Shown here piece by piece: positions 12,501 to 24,249 of a stretch of 64,000 nucleotides of DNA. The position numbers and the translations under genes were made by a program. This DNA comes from Perna viridis (lineage: Eukaryota). Position 1 is the stretch's first letter. Each line of letters starts with the position of its first letter. The stretch spans positions 19,402,750 through 19,466,749 of the forward strand of contig CM074524.1 in NCBI GenBank assembly GCA_037379345.1, given 5' to 3'. Below the pieces are notes generated by a model that had not been told where the DNA came from, made no database searches, and saw only the letters and a program-made list of their open reading frames with translations.

Positions 12501-15500
12501 AGACCAAAAACAAACATGAGAGTGTAAACATATAGAAAGGTATACACCTGCAACATGTGTAATGTCGTTCAGGAGCCAGCTGTGGCCTACCCAGTGGGTA
12601 CCTATGTGTCATGTCATTTAGGAGCCAGCTGTGGCCTACCCTGTGGGTACTTATGTGCCATGTCCTTTAGGAGCCAGTTGCGGCCTACCTAGTGGGTACC
12701 TATGTGTAATGTCGTTTAGGAGCCAGCTGCGGCCTACCCAGTGGTGTGTTTGTTTACTATTCATTCAATGAAGACCCACTGGTGGCCTTGATCTGACATT
12801 TTTCATCCCTGTAAAATTGTTGTCTCTTTGACATATTCACCATATTCATTCTCCTTATATTGTACCTTTTTTTACAATCTTATTTCAAATGGGAAAAAAT
12901 GGTTGCATTTTAATATCTTTCAGCAACTTTGTTAGCTGTATTAATGCTCTGCAACTGCATGATGCTATGCTGCTACAACAAAAGTATAAGTGTTCTGCTG
13001 AATGATGCAAGTAAGAATTAAATTTGGATACTCATAAATAACAATTGCATGAAGGTAAATTTTAACAACCAATCTATTTAAGATATTTATGGACAGGTAT
13101 ATAAAAAGCTCTAAATGATGGATGGTGGATGTATTAATTGATTTTAGAGACAATGTATTAGTTTTCTTAAATTATGATATACTCAAACTGGATTGCTCGT
13201 GGACAGACAGACCCTGATTGCTCAACAATGAATTACTAAATAACTATACCCAGAAGTGACCTCCATAATGTGTTCCGCTAATACAAAAATAATTGAGATT
13301 TTTTTTCCTTTGACCAAAAACTCTTCAGTGTGTCATTGTTATTTTTTTTGGATCGTGGTTCACCTTGAATTGTGGCTACTGATTATTCATATTCATCCTA
13401 AGCTCTAAAATGTGGATGTGTTAATTGATTATTTAGACAATGTATTAATTTTCTTAATTGTTGGAATCGTACTTATTATTCAGTTTAATATATATTATAT
13501 TCATCTCAATAGATAAATACTCATTATATTATTTCTGATATCCTTGAAAACAAGAAATAATTGTAATAGAAAAATTCACGTCATTAGTTAACTACATGTA
13601 CTTACTTTCAATATTGTTCATCAGTATCTGCATACACAAGTCCTGAAGTTTGTATACCTCTGTAAAGTAAACAATGAATTGAAATCTGAATGATGCAAAA
13701 CATAGAATATTGTTTTGTATGGCTTTACCCATGTCTTTTCTTGAGTGTTTTGAGGTTGAAATAAGAGGGTAAAAGGTCAGGGACAGTCCATTTCTGACCT
13801 TGAACTTTTGAAAATTTATTACTTAGGTCCTACACCTTCAACTCTTTCCATTGACACTTTACTTATTAGGAGTTTTGGTTACATTAACCATTGATTTGAA
13901 AAGTCCTAGACCTACTCCTGAAAGTAAATTTCAATGCTACAGTTAAATAATCTATTGCAAAAAACTATTGTGCTGTTTTAATAGCACACAATATAGTTAT
14001 GTAATAAACATAATTTTGCCTTAATACAAGTATATCTACAAATGCATGGTTTAGACATATTAAAGCATAAGTAGTACCGGTATCTATGCAGAGTTATTAT
14101 TGTAACTATAAATAAATTCTGTACATTTATTCTTCCCTATTCTGCCCCGTGCAGGTCCAGGTGTTAAAAGAATAGGCCTGCAGCAGCGCTAAGCTTGTCG
14201 TAAAAGGCAACTAAATAGTGCTCAGAACCCTAGCCGGGGGCTAGGGCACTCTGCCCACAGAGCAACTGGGATGTGTGCCCCAGGTGGTGAAATGGGGTAC
14301 CCCTGGCGTGGGTTGTCAGGCTATACTACGGAAAACCTGACCGCAAACCATAGTGGTGCACCGTGTTGGGAAAGATGCCACGTTCCTCGCATGTTTAAGA
14401 ACCCTACTGTGGTATTCTCCTGGAGTAGGAACCATAGGGCTCCGCCACAGGAGGCTAAATTGCCCGATCCTACCCACCTCTCCCTATTTCCAGTGGCAAT
14501 CAAAATTTCTCGACCCCATTGTCCTTGTGTCCCATCCCTTTTTCATTTCATCATCATTTCATGTTCATTTTATCATCAATATCATGTTCATTGTCTGAAT
14601 ATAGCTGAAATATTGCTGCTCGGACGTTAAACCCCAACAAACAAACATCTTCCCTATTCTGAACCGATTCTGTATAAATTCTTACCTGGCACAACGTTTG
14701 TCTTTTTACCAGAGTAAACTTTTGTCTTTTCATAGTTTTTCAGACCAATAACTGACTCATCAAATCCTGAAGCTACAATAACAATGTTAAAGTCTAATAC
14801 ATACATTCTAATTTTTAATGATGTCAAATAACGGAACTCCTACATGGCTTTTAAAGTCATATATAACAGGACAGCAATATGCAGATTTATAGGGACAGAG
14901 TGGTTGATATATAATTATGAAATATATTACCCGCGAAATTGATCTTAAACATAATATAACGCTAAACAATTTCTTCGAACTCAAGAAATCGGTACCCGTG
15001 AATATGTTTACTTGATCAAAACCACAAAAATTACTACTTTTAAGAGTATAGTTGCTTAGAAACATAAATGGCTTACAATCGCTCTGTTCAAAGTGATATA
15101 TTTTGGTGATTGTTTGATCTTTTAACATGTGTTATACTAAGTCCTGCATATATTTATGTTTGTCGAGATATCAACAATATAACAACATAGCCATGTATTA
15201 TCCTAGTCAAATGTTATTTGAGTACAAACAGCCCCACCTCTTATACCCAAAGCCTTAAGTAGCTGTCTTTGTAAGAATCATGCAAAATCTGAAAAATGTG
15301 ATACACCCCAAAAAAGGCTACATATTTTTATTTTTGTAATTAAGTTGTTTTATGGGCCTATACTATGAAATGTGTAATTATTCATTCAAATCTGCCTGCT
15401 CTTAGGAGATAATCGACATTGAAAATACAATAGATTCTATTGTATTTGAGCGCCATTTACAGAGTTATCTCCCTTAATATTGAAATCTACAGTGCATTCT

Positions 15501-18500
15501 ACATAATTTTTATCTCCTAAGAGCACGGGTTTTATGAAAAACCACGTTTACTTCTGTTTACTATAACATTTCAAACAAAATATCAAAAATAAAAATATGT
15601 AGGCTTTTTACCCATGAATCACATTTTGCATGATCCTTAGCTGGAGTGCTACTTAAATGATATTAATACTAGATTAAACACAGTATCCTAAATCTATCTG
15701 ATCTTATGTATGTTCCTAAATTGGCAAAAGCATAGCAACAATGATAGCAAAAAAAGCCTTCTCATTTTCATATTAGAAAGTTTTATTTGTTCATTATTCC
15801 ATATCAATATTACCTAGATAGTTGCTAAAAGGTCTTTAGAATTTCCCTTAATCTGGCAAGAAACATTCGCCATTAAGTAAAATTACATGTACATGTATAG
15901 TTTAAGACAAAACAGACCTCCCATGACAATTCTGAGCTTTGCACTTGGGCCTGCTTTTATTGCAATGTAATAGACCAGCTTGGGAACTGGGTGGTCCATT
16001 ATTTGTTATTTAGGGTCATATAGGGCTTGTAATGAATTGCAGTTATCTAATATTATTGTCATGTTTATAACCCAATGTATAATAGAATTTTAGCACTACA
16101 TATTACATGTATATTGACTTTACATGATAGCTTACCTTTTTTGATTTCGTCAGGTGGTGGAATGTATTTCCTCGGTCTGTAATCAGCCATAGGTTCTGGC
16201 AGACTACTGGCCACTGGCTCTAGCTTGATCTGAAAGGAAGATATAAAAATATTTTAAAAGAATTCTTTCAGACACATTTAAGGAGATAAACATAAGGTAA
16301 GGGACACAACTCTTACAAATAATTGGAATATTTGTAGTAAGCATTTTATCTCATGTAAGCATCAAAGTAACTTGGACTGATTTCATTCTGCTTTAGTGAA
16401 ATTGAATATGATACAAACATATCACTGATTTCAAGAGTTTTGTCCCTTACCCTAGGTCTACCTCCTTAAGGCAGTAAACAAAATAGGGATAACTCTGAAA
16501 CCCCTTGGCCCTGGTCACTGGGAATATGTGTGAACCAGTAAATCTCAAATTTTGATGTCAGTTCAACCAATTAAAGCTAGTGATTAAGAAAGTCTTATTT
16601 TTATTTTACATTCTCATTAAGTAAAAATGTACCTGAAAGCAGATATTTTCAAGGTTGGCCTTACAAAAAATCTTCTTTATACCTCGAACTATTACCCACC
16701 AGTTTAGAGTTAGATTTTAAGTCTTCCGGATCTGCCTTTCGTTTACTGCTTGTTGAGATGTTTGACGAGCTGCTATGGCCACTACTTGAAGATTTGCCTC
16801 CCCTTGAATCAGAAGGTTTACTTTTTGCAGGTTTTTCACTTTCATCTCCTTTCTTTTTTATCTTAAATTTAGATATAAGCTGCTCATACTTGCTATCTAC
16901 CTCCCGTTTTTTGACAGGTTTTTTCTTTGAAGTAGTCGACATAACATCACCAAATGATAGTCCCTCAGAATTACAAGTACCACTTAGCTTCCGTGATTTT
17001 GACGACTTCTTGTCCTCATTTTCACTCTTTCGTTTTTTGCTTTCATTGTCACTTTTAGATTTGTCCTTTTGACTAGATTTATGAGAAAATTTTGAACTGT
17101 GTGAATATTTCCCTGAAGGCAATGGCATAAGAGGGCTTTCATAACCATTTGTCAAATGGTTTTCAAGCACAGAATCGTCAAAATCTGCCAAGTGATATTT
17201 CTTAGATTCATGGTCTATAAACTTCATCCTTTCACTCACACTTTTATCAATGTCATCGAAAGAAAAGTCCATGAAGTCATCATTGCTTACTGGATTTCCA
17301 AGATCTTCAATACTCCATGAATTTTGCCTCGGTTTCTCGTCATCACTGTCTTTTTCTTCTTTCTGACTATCACTTTCAGCATCATGCTTGCCAAATAAAG
17401 GACTTGCAGACTTCTCATCAATTTCATCACCAGACATTTCAAAGTCTTTAGATGCTTTCACTTTCTGTTCACATTTAGAAAGTATGTCTTTGGCAAGTTC
17501 TGCCATAATGTCACTAGCACTTTTAGTTTTATCACTATCACTTGATTTATGCTTGCTTGAATCACTTCGATGTTTATCTTTGTGATCAGAGTCATGCTTA
17601 TGCTTTCTTTCAGAGTCCCTTCGATGCTTGTGATCAGAACTACTTTTCCCCTCCTTATGAGAAGAGTCTTTACTTTTCCCTGAACTTGATTTTTCATCAG
17701 ACTTACTCCTATGTTTCGAGTCAGAGTGCTTATGTTTTTCACTAGAGTGTTCCTTACTTTTATGTTTGTCACTTTTCTTGTTATTATGACTTGATGACGA
17801 TCGATGTTTTGAAGAACTATCGCCTGACTTACTGTCCTTTTCAGTATGTTTTTCTATGTTCACATCACTATTTCCTTTGTTCTTGATTTCACTTGAAGAT
17901 TTGTGTTTTTCACTGTTACTTCTGCTAAGTTTGTCCGTCTCTTTTTCTTTCTTACAGTCATTATTTTCATTTTTCTCACTATCACTTTTACTCTTTGACT
18001 TGTCACTCTTTTCCCTTTCTCTATCTTTTTCTTGCTTTTTCTCAGTAGACCTGCTTTTATGACCATCACTTTCTTTGTCTTTATTTATACTTTCACTTTT
18101 GTCTTTATCTGACCTACTTTCTTTTCTATGCTGATGACTTGAATGTTTGTCACTTTTGCTGCCTGAGCTAGTTTTCTGCTTATCGCTGCTATGTTTTGAG
18201 CTTGAGGTACTTCTACTGCTTTTGTGTTTGTCTTCACTGTCTTTTGACCTATGAGAATCACCATGGTGATGTTTATCACTACAATCTTTACTGTCACTAG
18301 AATGTTTTTCGTTATTTTCACTAGATTTTTCTGCCTCCTTACTATGTTTGCTATCATGTGACTTACTATGTTCACTTTTCTCATGCGAGTGTTTGCTACT
18401 ATCACCTAAACTTTTACTTTCCTTGCTTTTTTCACTAGAACTGTGGCTGCTTTTACTACTAGAGCTCTTACTTTCCCATGATGAGCTACTATGTTTTTCA

Positions 18501-21500
18501 TTCTTTTCACTAGAATATTTTGAGTGACTTTTGCTACGCTTCTGTTTTTCTTTTTCCTTCGAATGACTACTCCCCTTTTTGTCACCATGTTTACTGCTAG
18601 AATGTTTGTTTTCAATGATGTTTCTTTCCGATGATGATTGTTTGTGCTCCTTTTTATTTTCTTCATATTTTCTGGAGTCATGATGCTTCTGAGAATCTCT
18701 GTATTTCTCAGTTTCATGTCTCTTGTCTTTTTCTCTAGAAGACTTCTCTTTGTGGGAGGTACTTTCATGTTTACTTTCTAACAACTTAGAATTTTGGTAT
18801 TTAGAGACATCATTGTGTCTGTTTTCTTTCTCAACAACACTGCTATCACTCTCATTATCTAAATATATTGAGGCTTCTGATTGGCCAGATTGTGATTCTG
18901 CTTCTGACTGGTTCCCTTCTTCAGATGGGGCACTCTGGTATTCATTGCTGTCAGGTGACATAGATTTACTTTCTAACTGGTCACTTTCTGCAGCTCTGCT
19001 CTCCTGCTCCAATCGTATTTGTTCAGCAGCAACTAATGCCTTCCATTTGGCAACCAGTGCTTTAGCATACATGCCAACCTCTCCATCAACCTTTCTGAAA
19101 CTGTTGATAACTTTACCAATGCCTGTTACCTGTAAAATTATTGAAGAAGATAATAGATAAATTGGAAGTAATTATGATTGTAAATGAAAAAAAATGACGT
19201 GATGATGAATCTAGAGAGAGTCACAAACTCAAACTTACCTGGTACATACATGTATAAACAAAAGAAATTACTTTCATTCTTTGCTATATATGGAAGTAAA
19301 GTAATATACTCATATGAAGCATATTTTATGTAAAAAAGAAACTACCCAAAAAATTTGTTATTAGTATGCATGCATAACTTGGTCAGATATTTAAATACAT
19401 TACTTATACATATTATACATGTTGTAGTATTATCTAATTGATTTCCAGTCCACAGTAAGTATGGATCCTAAATTAAAATGTTCATCTGATTAGGAGAATT
19501 TGAATAACAAGCATATTAACGATTATATGTCAATTATGTCAAAACAGTGTATTATCAAATAAATATTTTTCTGAAAAAAACAACAAACACATCAAAAAGC
19601 TGAATATGACTCCTCTCCTAATCAAATCATTATGCTTTCTACAGAATACATAAAATTGTAGATGTGGCTTTCTCTAAAAGCAAGATTCAAGTATGGTCAT
19701 TTTGGCTACTGTCATACTCCTCTACTCTAGTTAACTGAGTGTCTTCCTTCATTATTCACAGATGCCCATATTTTTCCAAGACTGGATTTTTGTAACTCAC
19801 ATAGTGTTCTATAATTGCCGAGTCATATTACTTAACAATAAATACCTGTAAATCATCAACTGTAATAGGTAATTCAGACAGCCTCTTAATGGCATGGAGA
19901 ACCTGAAAAATATATATAATCTAATTAAAATATGTCAGATATGACAGTATGATTACAGGTAGTCAAACAAAACGTGCAATGATGTTGTTACTGGTGTCTT
20001 AAGAAAATGCAAGGATACATGAAAAAATATGACCTTGAGAAAAATACAGTAGACTTTGGATTCCACTTAATCGCATACCTAACATGTTAATCACATAAAA
20101 TTTCCATCTTATCCGTGTAAAACACCCTCTTTTTAGCACAACATGAGACCAAAAATTAGAAAATTCCTCTTAATTGCAGAATTTTTTTTTCAAAATTTAC
20201 CCAAAAATATACCTTAATAGATAAAACAACAATACATTGTTACTGAAATACCTCAGTATTTTAATGAACTTTGTTTTAACAACAAAATTTTCTCTTTCTT
20301 TTGACTAGACACCTCAGCAGGAATCTAATTAAACATGATAAATGAATATATCCCACTTAAACATTGAAAATATTCAGGTATTTTCCCTTGAAATAATTCC
20401 TGTTAATTGAATATTAATGTCTGACAAATAGGCTATGCAATTAACAGGAATCCACTGTATTCTATCAGTCACTTAAAGAATACCATGGCTTTGGAACATT
20501 ACTAAAAGTATACATATGTAAGTGTACAGGAAATTCAATTTAACCATGTTTTCTCAATAAGCCAGTGCAATCAACTTTATTAATCAGGACCCATGGACAG
20601 ACAGTTTTCAGGAAGTCTGACAGGTAATTCTTGAAGTCTTCATACAGTGAAAGTACTATTGTTTGTGGGGTACTAATTTTTGTGGTTTTCATGGGTAGGC
20701 CAAACCACAAAATTTGGTCCCCAAAGATAAAAAGATCTCCATTGATGTGTATAATGAACACCTCAAAACCATGAATTCAATAATCCATGCACTTTCACTG
20801 CACTCATATAAGTCCGAAAATATCCCCAAAAACTTAGATTTTGCAGGTGTAAATTTTCAGTACTTGCTAAATATATAGTGTAAAAATTTCTGAAATTCAA
20901 TCCCTGATGACTGAATATTCTTCTGATCAAGATTTCTTAGAATTTGTAGAAATTTGAAAGGTGTCTTTCGGAAGTTAGAACAGAAAAAGTTAATTCCGCT
21001 TTGATTCAGATTTGAATATTAGAACAAAAGAATTAATATCAAATAAACAAAATAACTGACTATAATAAATCATGAATACATTAAGTGTGTGTACATGTAG
21101 TACATATAGTGTGTGCTCACACTTGAATTTGTAAATTTTCTACATGCTTTCTAATGTCACTATGTGTAAAGCCCATAGAAAACCTGATTTGTTTAGGAAT
21201 ATCAAAGTCACAACAGTTTCACTTTCAGTCAATGTGGAGTTTGAATTTAAAAATATTCTTGCTTTCAAATTACAAGAATTACCAGGTGAAACAAACATGT
21301 TAATCTATTAGAATTATCCTGTGTTACGATTGATTGATTATTGGGGTTTGATGACTGAGCAGCAATATTTCAGTCATATGCAGGCGATGAACATGAAATG
21401 GATGATAAAATGAACATGAAATGATCATGATGAAATGAAAAATTTGATGGGACGCAAGGGTAATAGGGTCGACTAATCTTGATTGCCACTAGAAAAAGGG

Positions 21501-22487
21501 AGGGATGGGTAGGGTCAGATAATTTAGCCTCCTGTGGTAGAGCGCAAAGGTCCCTACTCCTCTCGAATACCACAGCAAGATTCTTTAATGTGCAAGGAAC
21601 ATGGCATCTTTCCCAACACAGTGCATCACTAAGGCTTGCAGTCAGGTTTTCCATATTATAGCCTGACGACCCCAACATGTAACACAATGAGGATACCCCA
21701 TTCCAACACCTAGGGCATACAACTCAGTTACTTTGTTGGCAGAGTGCCCTAGCCCCCGACTAGGGTTCTGAGCACTTTTTAGTTGCCTTTTACGACAATC
21801 TTAGCGCTGCTGCAGGCCTATTCTTTTGACATCTGGACCAGCATGGGGATGGGGCTCCTTTGTTATGTGATTTCACAGCAGTCGATAATAATATGTTTGA
21901 TTTTATTTGAAAAAAAAATGCATTCTACATCTAGAATCATCTTTTTCATTATTTTAATGTATATGTCTCCCTGTAAATTTGATAGTGGGAACTAGCCCCT
22001 AGGTGTTAACTTAGCCTGATACTCACAACTAGAAAATGTTTGAAACTCCCAGGCCAAGGTAGGTACCTAGAAACCCTGACACATGTGGGGCTTGATTACA
22101 GTGATGTGGACCTAATGATAAAATCCAATGCCTTTACCACATGGCAACCTGCCAACTGTACATTACTACATTATATCTCAATTTAAATGAATGTTTTCAA
22201 AATTTAACTATTAGTTGGTTAAACCTTTAATTAGTTATACATGTGTATCCTAAATACTCGTTGGGAAACTGAATTTGTCCAATAAACGTTGGAAAAGCTG
22301 TAGTACGACGGTATGTGCAGATCCTGCTGCACGACCACGGGATAAAAATAAGGTGTTATGAGAAGAAACATTTTACAGATAAATCGATGTCTATTATTGT
22401 GCCATGTCGGTTTACCTTATCTCCATCAAAATTGCTCCTTGTCAAATAAGATTTATATTTCAGAACTTTGTTGTTTATGTCTACCAT
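6462..22487 (-). CDS. ELOA: Elongin A (RNA polymerase II elongation factor SIII subunit A), 11 coding exons, ~1098 aa
   Basis: Exons join in phase with GT/AG boundaries. N-terminal TFIIS-N motif (LSELPITVDDLQVTGIGKVINSFRK...LVAKWK), KTKVYSG, BC-box (VYKLQDLCMQIL), VGGIPFYILKPVLEKCSPTDLYRLEDYNP, TDYLWKFHC...ESWRELY, AKPPREVRRQQ and C-terminal APMMAKTLK all match the Elongin A family. Confidence 0.95.
7846..7998 (-). CDS. ELOA: Elongin A exon 10 (MRQTKLAYVDVVAKPPREVRRQQIKHG...)
   Basis: CTTTCAG acceptor, GTGAGT donor; conserved KPPR.VRR.Q motif. Confidence 0.92.
9268..9553. repeat. Fold-back element with internal CATATGAT(T/A)AT array
   Basis: Arms CAAATGTGCCACACATGAGAATCATATGGT / ACCATATGATAATCATATGTGGCACATTTG enclose many degenerate ~11-bp units. 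Confidence 0.75.
10111..10189 (-). CDS. ELOA: Elongin A exon 9 (RKFDEREEKLKAVRQNISAAQVKKDP)
   Basis: CTTTTCAG acceptor, GTAAG donor, phase 0-1; matches the helix after the WRELY motif. Confidence 0.9.
10916..11017 (-). CDS. ELOA: Elongin A exon 8 (HFLEDTDYLWKFHCNKEFKGSDCEEMESWRELYW)
   Basis: Within ORF 10901..11110; TTTTCAG acceptor, GTAAT donor. Confidence 0.93.
12078..12175 (-). CDS. ELOA: Elongin A exon 7 (SLDYVGGIPFYILKPVLEKCSPTDLYRLEDYNP)
   Basis: Within ORF 12006..12275; TTTTAG acceptor, GTGAG donor. Confidence 0.93.
12555..12744. repeat. Minisatellite, 49-bp unit x ~3.9
   Basis: Unit starts at 12555, 12604, 12653, 12702; each holds TACCC-AGT-GGGTA or a variant. Confidence 0.92.
13606..13659 (-). 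CDS. ELOA: Elongin A exon 6, BC-box (EVYKLQDLCMQILMNNIE)
   Basis: LxxLCxxxL BC-box; TTTACAG acceptor and GTAAG donor, phase 1-1. Confidence 0.92.
14145..14647 (+). mobile_element. ~500-bp SINE-like retroposon, copy 1
   Basis: Perfect 14-bp TSD TCTTCCCTATTCTG (14131-14144, 14648-14661); (AAAC)n tail; homologous to 3 other copies. Confidence 0.92.
14686..14772 (-). CDS. ELOA: Elongin A exon 5 (SGFDESVIGLKNYEKTKVYSGKKTNVVP)
   Basis: TTGTAG acceptor (a second in-frame CAG 6 nt further in), GTAAG donor; KVYSG motif. Confidence 0.88.
15259..15652. mobile_element. TTAA-flanked MITE, copy 2 (opposite orientation)
   Basis: Reverse-complement similarity to 1213-1576 along its length; TTAA on both sides. 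Confidence 0.8.
16136..16229 (-). CDS. ELOA: Elongin A exon 4 (IKLEPVASSLPEPMADYRPRKYIPPPDEIKK)
   Basis: CTTTCAG acceptor, GTAAG donor; LP..xYRP motif of Elongin A. Confidence 0.85.
16282..16465. mobile_element. Short Kolobok-like MITE
   Basis: TTAA|GGAGATAAACATAAGGTAAGGGACA...TGTCCCTTACCCTAGGTCTACCTCC|TTAA; imperfect ~33-bp TIR. Confidence 0.75.
16700..19129 (-). CDS. ELOA: Elongin A exon 3 (2430 nt; end of TFIIS-N domain plus S/K/H/D/E-rich disordered region)
   Basis: Contains ORF 16661..19072 extended upstream to the TTTACAG acceptor; the phase-0 donor CTG|GTGGGT is required to match exon 4. Confidence 0.9.
19846..19902 (-). CDS. ELOA: Elongin A exon 2 (VLHAIKRLSELPITVDDLQ)
   Basis: TTTTCAG acceptor, GTATT donor, 57 nt, TFIIS-N helix motif. 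Confidence 0.9.
21329..21855 (-). mobile_element. SINE-like retroposon, copy 2 (more diverged, (AATC)n tail)
   Basis: Reverse-complement homology to copy 1; degenerate TSD TCCTGTGTTACG / TCCTTTGTTATG (10/12). Confidence 0.88.
22416..22487 (-). CDS. ELOA: Elongin A coding exon 1 (MVDINNKVLKYKSYLTRSNFDGDK)
   Basis: ATG at 22487-22485, phase-0 GTAAAC donor; lies just downstream of ETS and CCAAT motifs. Confidence 0.8.
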
Positions 22488-22543
22488 GACTTTTCCCAGC
22501 TGTTTTTCTTCGGTGTCAGTTTTTGCTGTCTGTCAAAAAATCA

Positions 22544-22606
22544 ACTTCCGGTTTGACCATTTGGGGTTCCAAGGGGAAGTGAAGTTTCATTTTTGGTAAT
22601 TGGCTG
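22544..22606 (-). promoter_or_regulatory. Putative Elongin A core promoter: ETS motif CCGGAAGT (22551-22544) and CCAAT box (22603-22599)
   Basis: Motifs 57-115 bp upstream of the ATG; arrangement typical of housekeeping promoters. Motif match only. Confidence 0.5.
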
Positions 22607-23540
22607 TTAACACAATGTTTCAACGGTTTAAAAAAATTTATTGCCCCAAATCATCTCAAATGTACCGAAGAAAATGGGAAATCTCTATAAAACCGCTTCA
22701 TTTTTCAGCATACGAAGAAGAAAAAACGAATGATAAAAATCAAAGTCCTGTAAATTCTAAAAGATGAATTCCCGGGGATGGAAATGTTCAAATATAGATA
22801 TATTTTTTTCATTAAGTTTCCAATTAATTTAAAACTGACATGCCAGTACAACTTCTACGTTACCATAAAATATTAAATCATCCTTTTTGGGGTCACCGTT
22901 GGCATATGGTGCCGTAAGGGAATTGTTCGAATTCATATCTCATAAATATAACACACCATTATTGAAAAGATGTCGTGCAACGCTAATTCACAGTAGAAAA
23001 TTCCATGTTTATTTTGTTTTAATGAATGTAAAATTATTTTCTCAGTTTTGGACCATTTTTTCTGCTTGTATTAAAAAATGCTTATCCGATTTTCAGCAAT
23101 AACAAAATCATCCTTTGTTTGGGGGTGGGGTAGCGTAACATAATCATACTTTTTGGGGGAATGACCTGTGGCGTAATGGTTATTTAGCTGGACTTCGGCG
23201 GTGAAAGGGAAAAGTTCGTATTTCATTAACACATGGATACAGATATTTTGACGACTCTTGTTCAATGCCGGTGTCAAAACAAGCAGAAAATTCCGTATTA
23301 TTGCACTGACCATCGTCAATGAAGTAAATTGTTATTTTGTCTATTTTAAGAAGAACATTGTTATTTACTTTTGAGAAAATTACAAATATCAATGATATAG
23401 TGTGCGTTTTAGAGTAAAAATCAGTTTTCGAAATATTGTAACTTTTCTTCTGCAAACTTTCTCTAAAGTACAAACAAATTCTTGGAAATATTTTCAGAAT
23501 TTTATCTCCACGAACAATAAACATATCTGTTAGGCTAAAT

Positions 23541-23675
23541 NNNNNNNNNNNNNNNNNNNNNNNNNNNNNNNNNNNNNNNNNNNNNNNNNNNNNNNNNNNN
23601 NNNNNNNNNNNNNNNNNNNNNNNNNNNNNNNNNNNNNNNNNNNNNNNNNNNNNNNNNNNNNNNNNNNNNNNNNNN
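23541..23675. other. Assembly gap (135 N)
   Basis: Run of N. Confidence 1.
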
Positions 23676-24249
23676 GCTATCTCATCAGACACCAACTCAT
23701 TTGAAAAACTAAGATGTCACGATAAACGTGCTTTTTAATCTTGTATTAATATTGGCATCCTGATATATTCAAATTATTTGACCCAACTTTATAGTGTAGC
23801 CTGACTATATGGATCTTGTTTATATTTACATCAAATATTCACATAGCTGTTCGAACAGTCAAAAAATAGATTAGGATGTTTTAAAATACGATTGATTTAA
23901 GCCTAATGGCCTAATATTTTCAAAATTTTATCTCAAATTGAGAATTTCCTCAAGTTCTGTGTTTATCCTCAAATCTTCAATTTTACGTGATCTGATTGGT
24001 CAAAATTTGAGTTGAGAAAGGATTTGAGGAAAATCTTAGTAATAGATGTTTTATGGAACCGGCGATAAAATTTTGAAAATATTTTTCAAAGTTTGTATAC
24101 TTGATTTGAAAAACAATTGGAATTGAAAAATTGAATTATTTTGAAAATAAATTTTAAACGCATTTCACCCAAAGATTTATAAACCCATACGGACTATAAC
24201 TACCAACGTATTACTTAATATATAGCAACAAATAATAGCAAAATGTCTG

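Noticed and set aside
12555-12744. 49-bp repeats with an internal hairpin as a CRISPR-like array
   Set aside because: Units are contiguous with no unique spacers, in a eukaryotic intron with no cas genes; ordinary minisatellite.
14271-14630. Recurring ~120-aa ORF (also 21370-21687, 28822-29190, 29697-30065) as a gene family
   Set aside because: Lies inside the SINE; frames shift between copies and most starts are non-ATG.
16758-19160. Several antisense and alternative-frame ORFs overlapping the giant exon
   Set aside because: Shadow ORFs of low-complexity coding sequence; no independent motifs.
22887-23695. ORFs around the gap
   Set aside because: One spans Ns; no recognisable domain; may be a decayed repeat.
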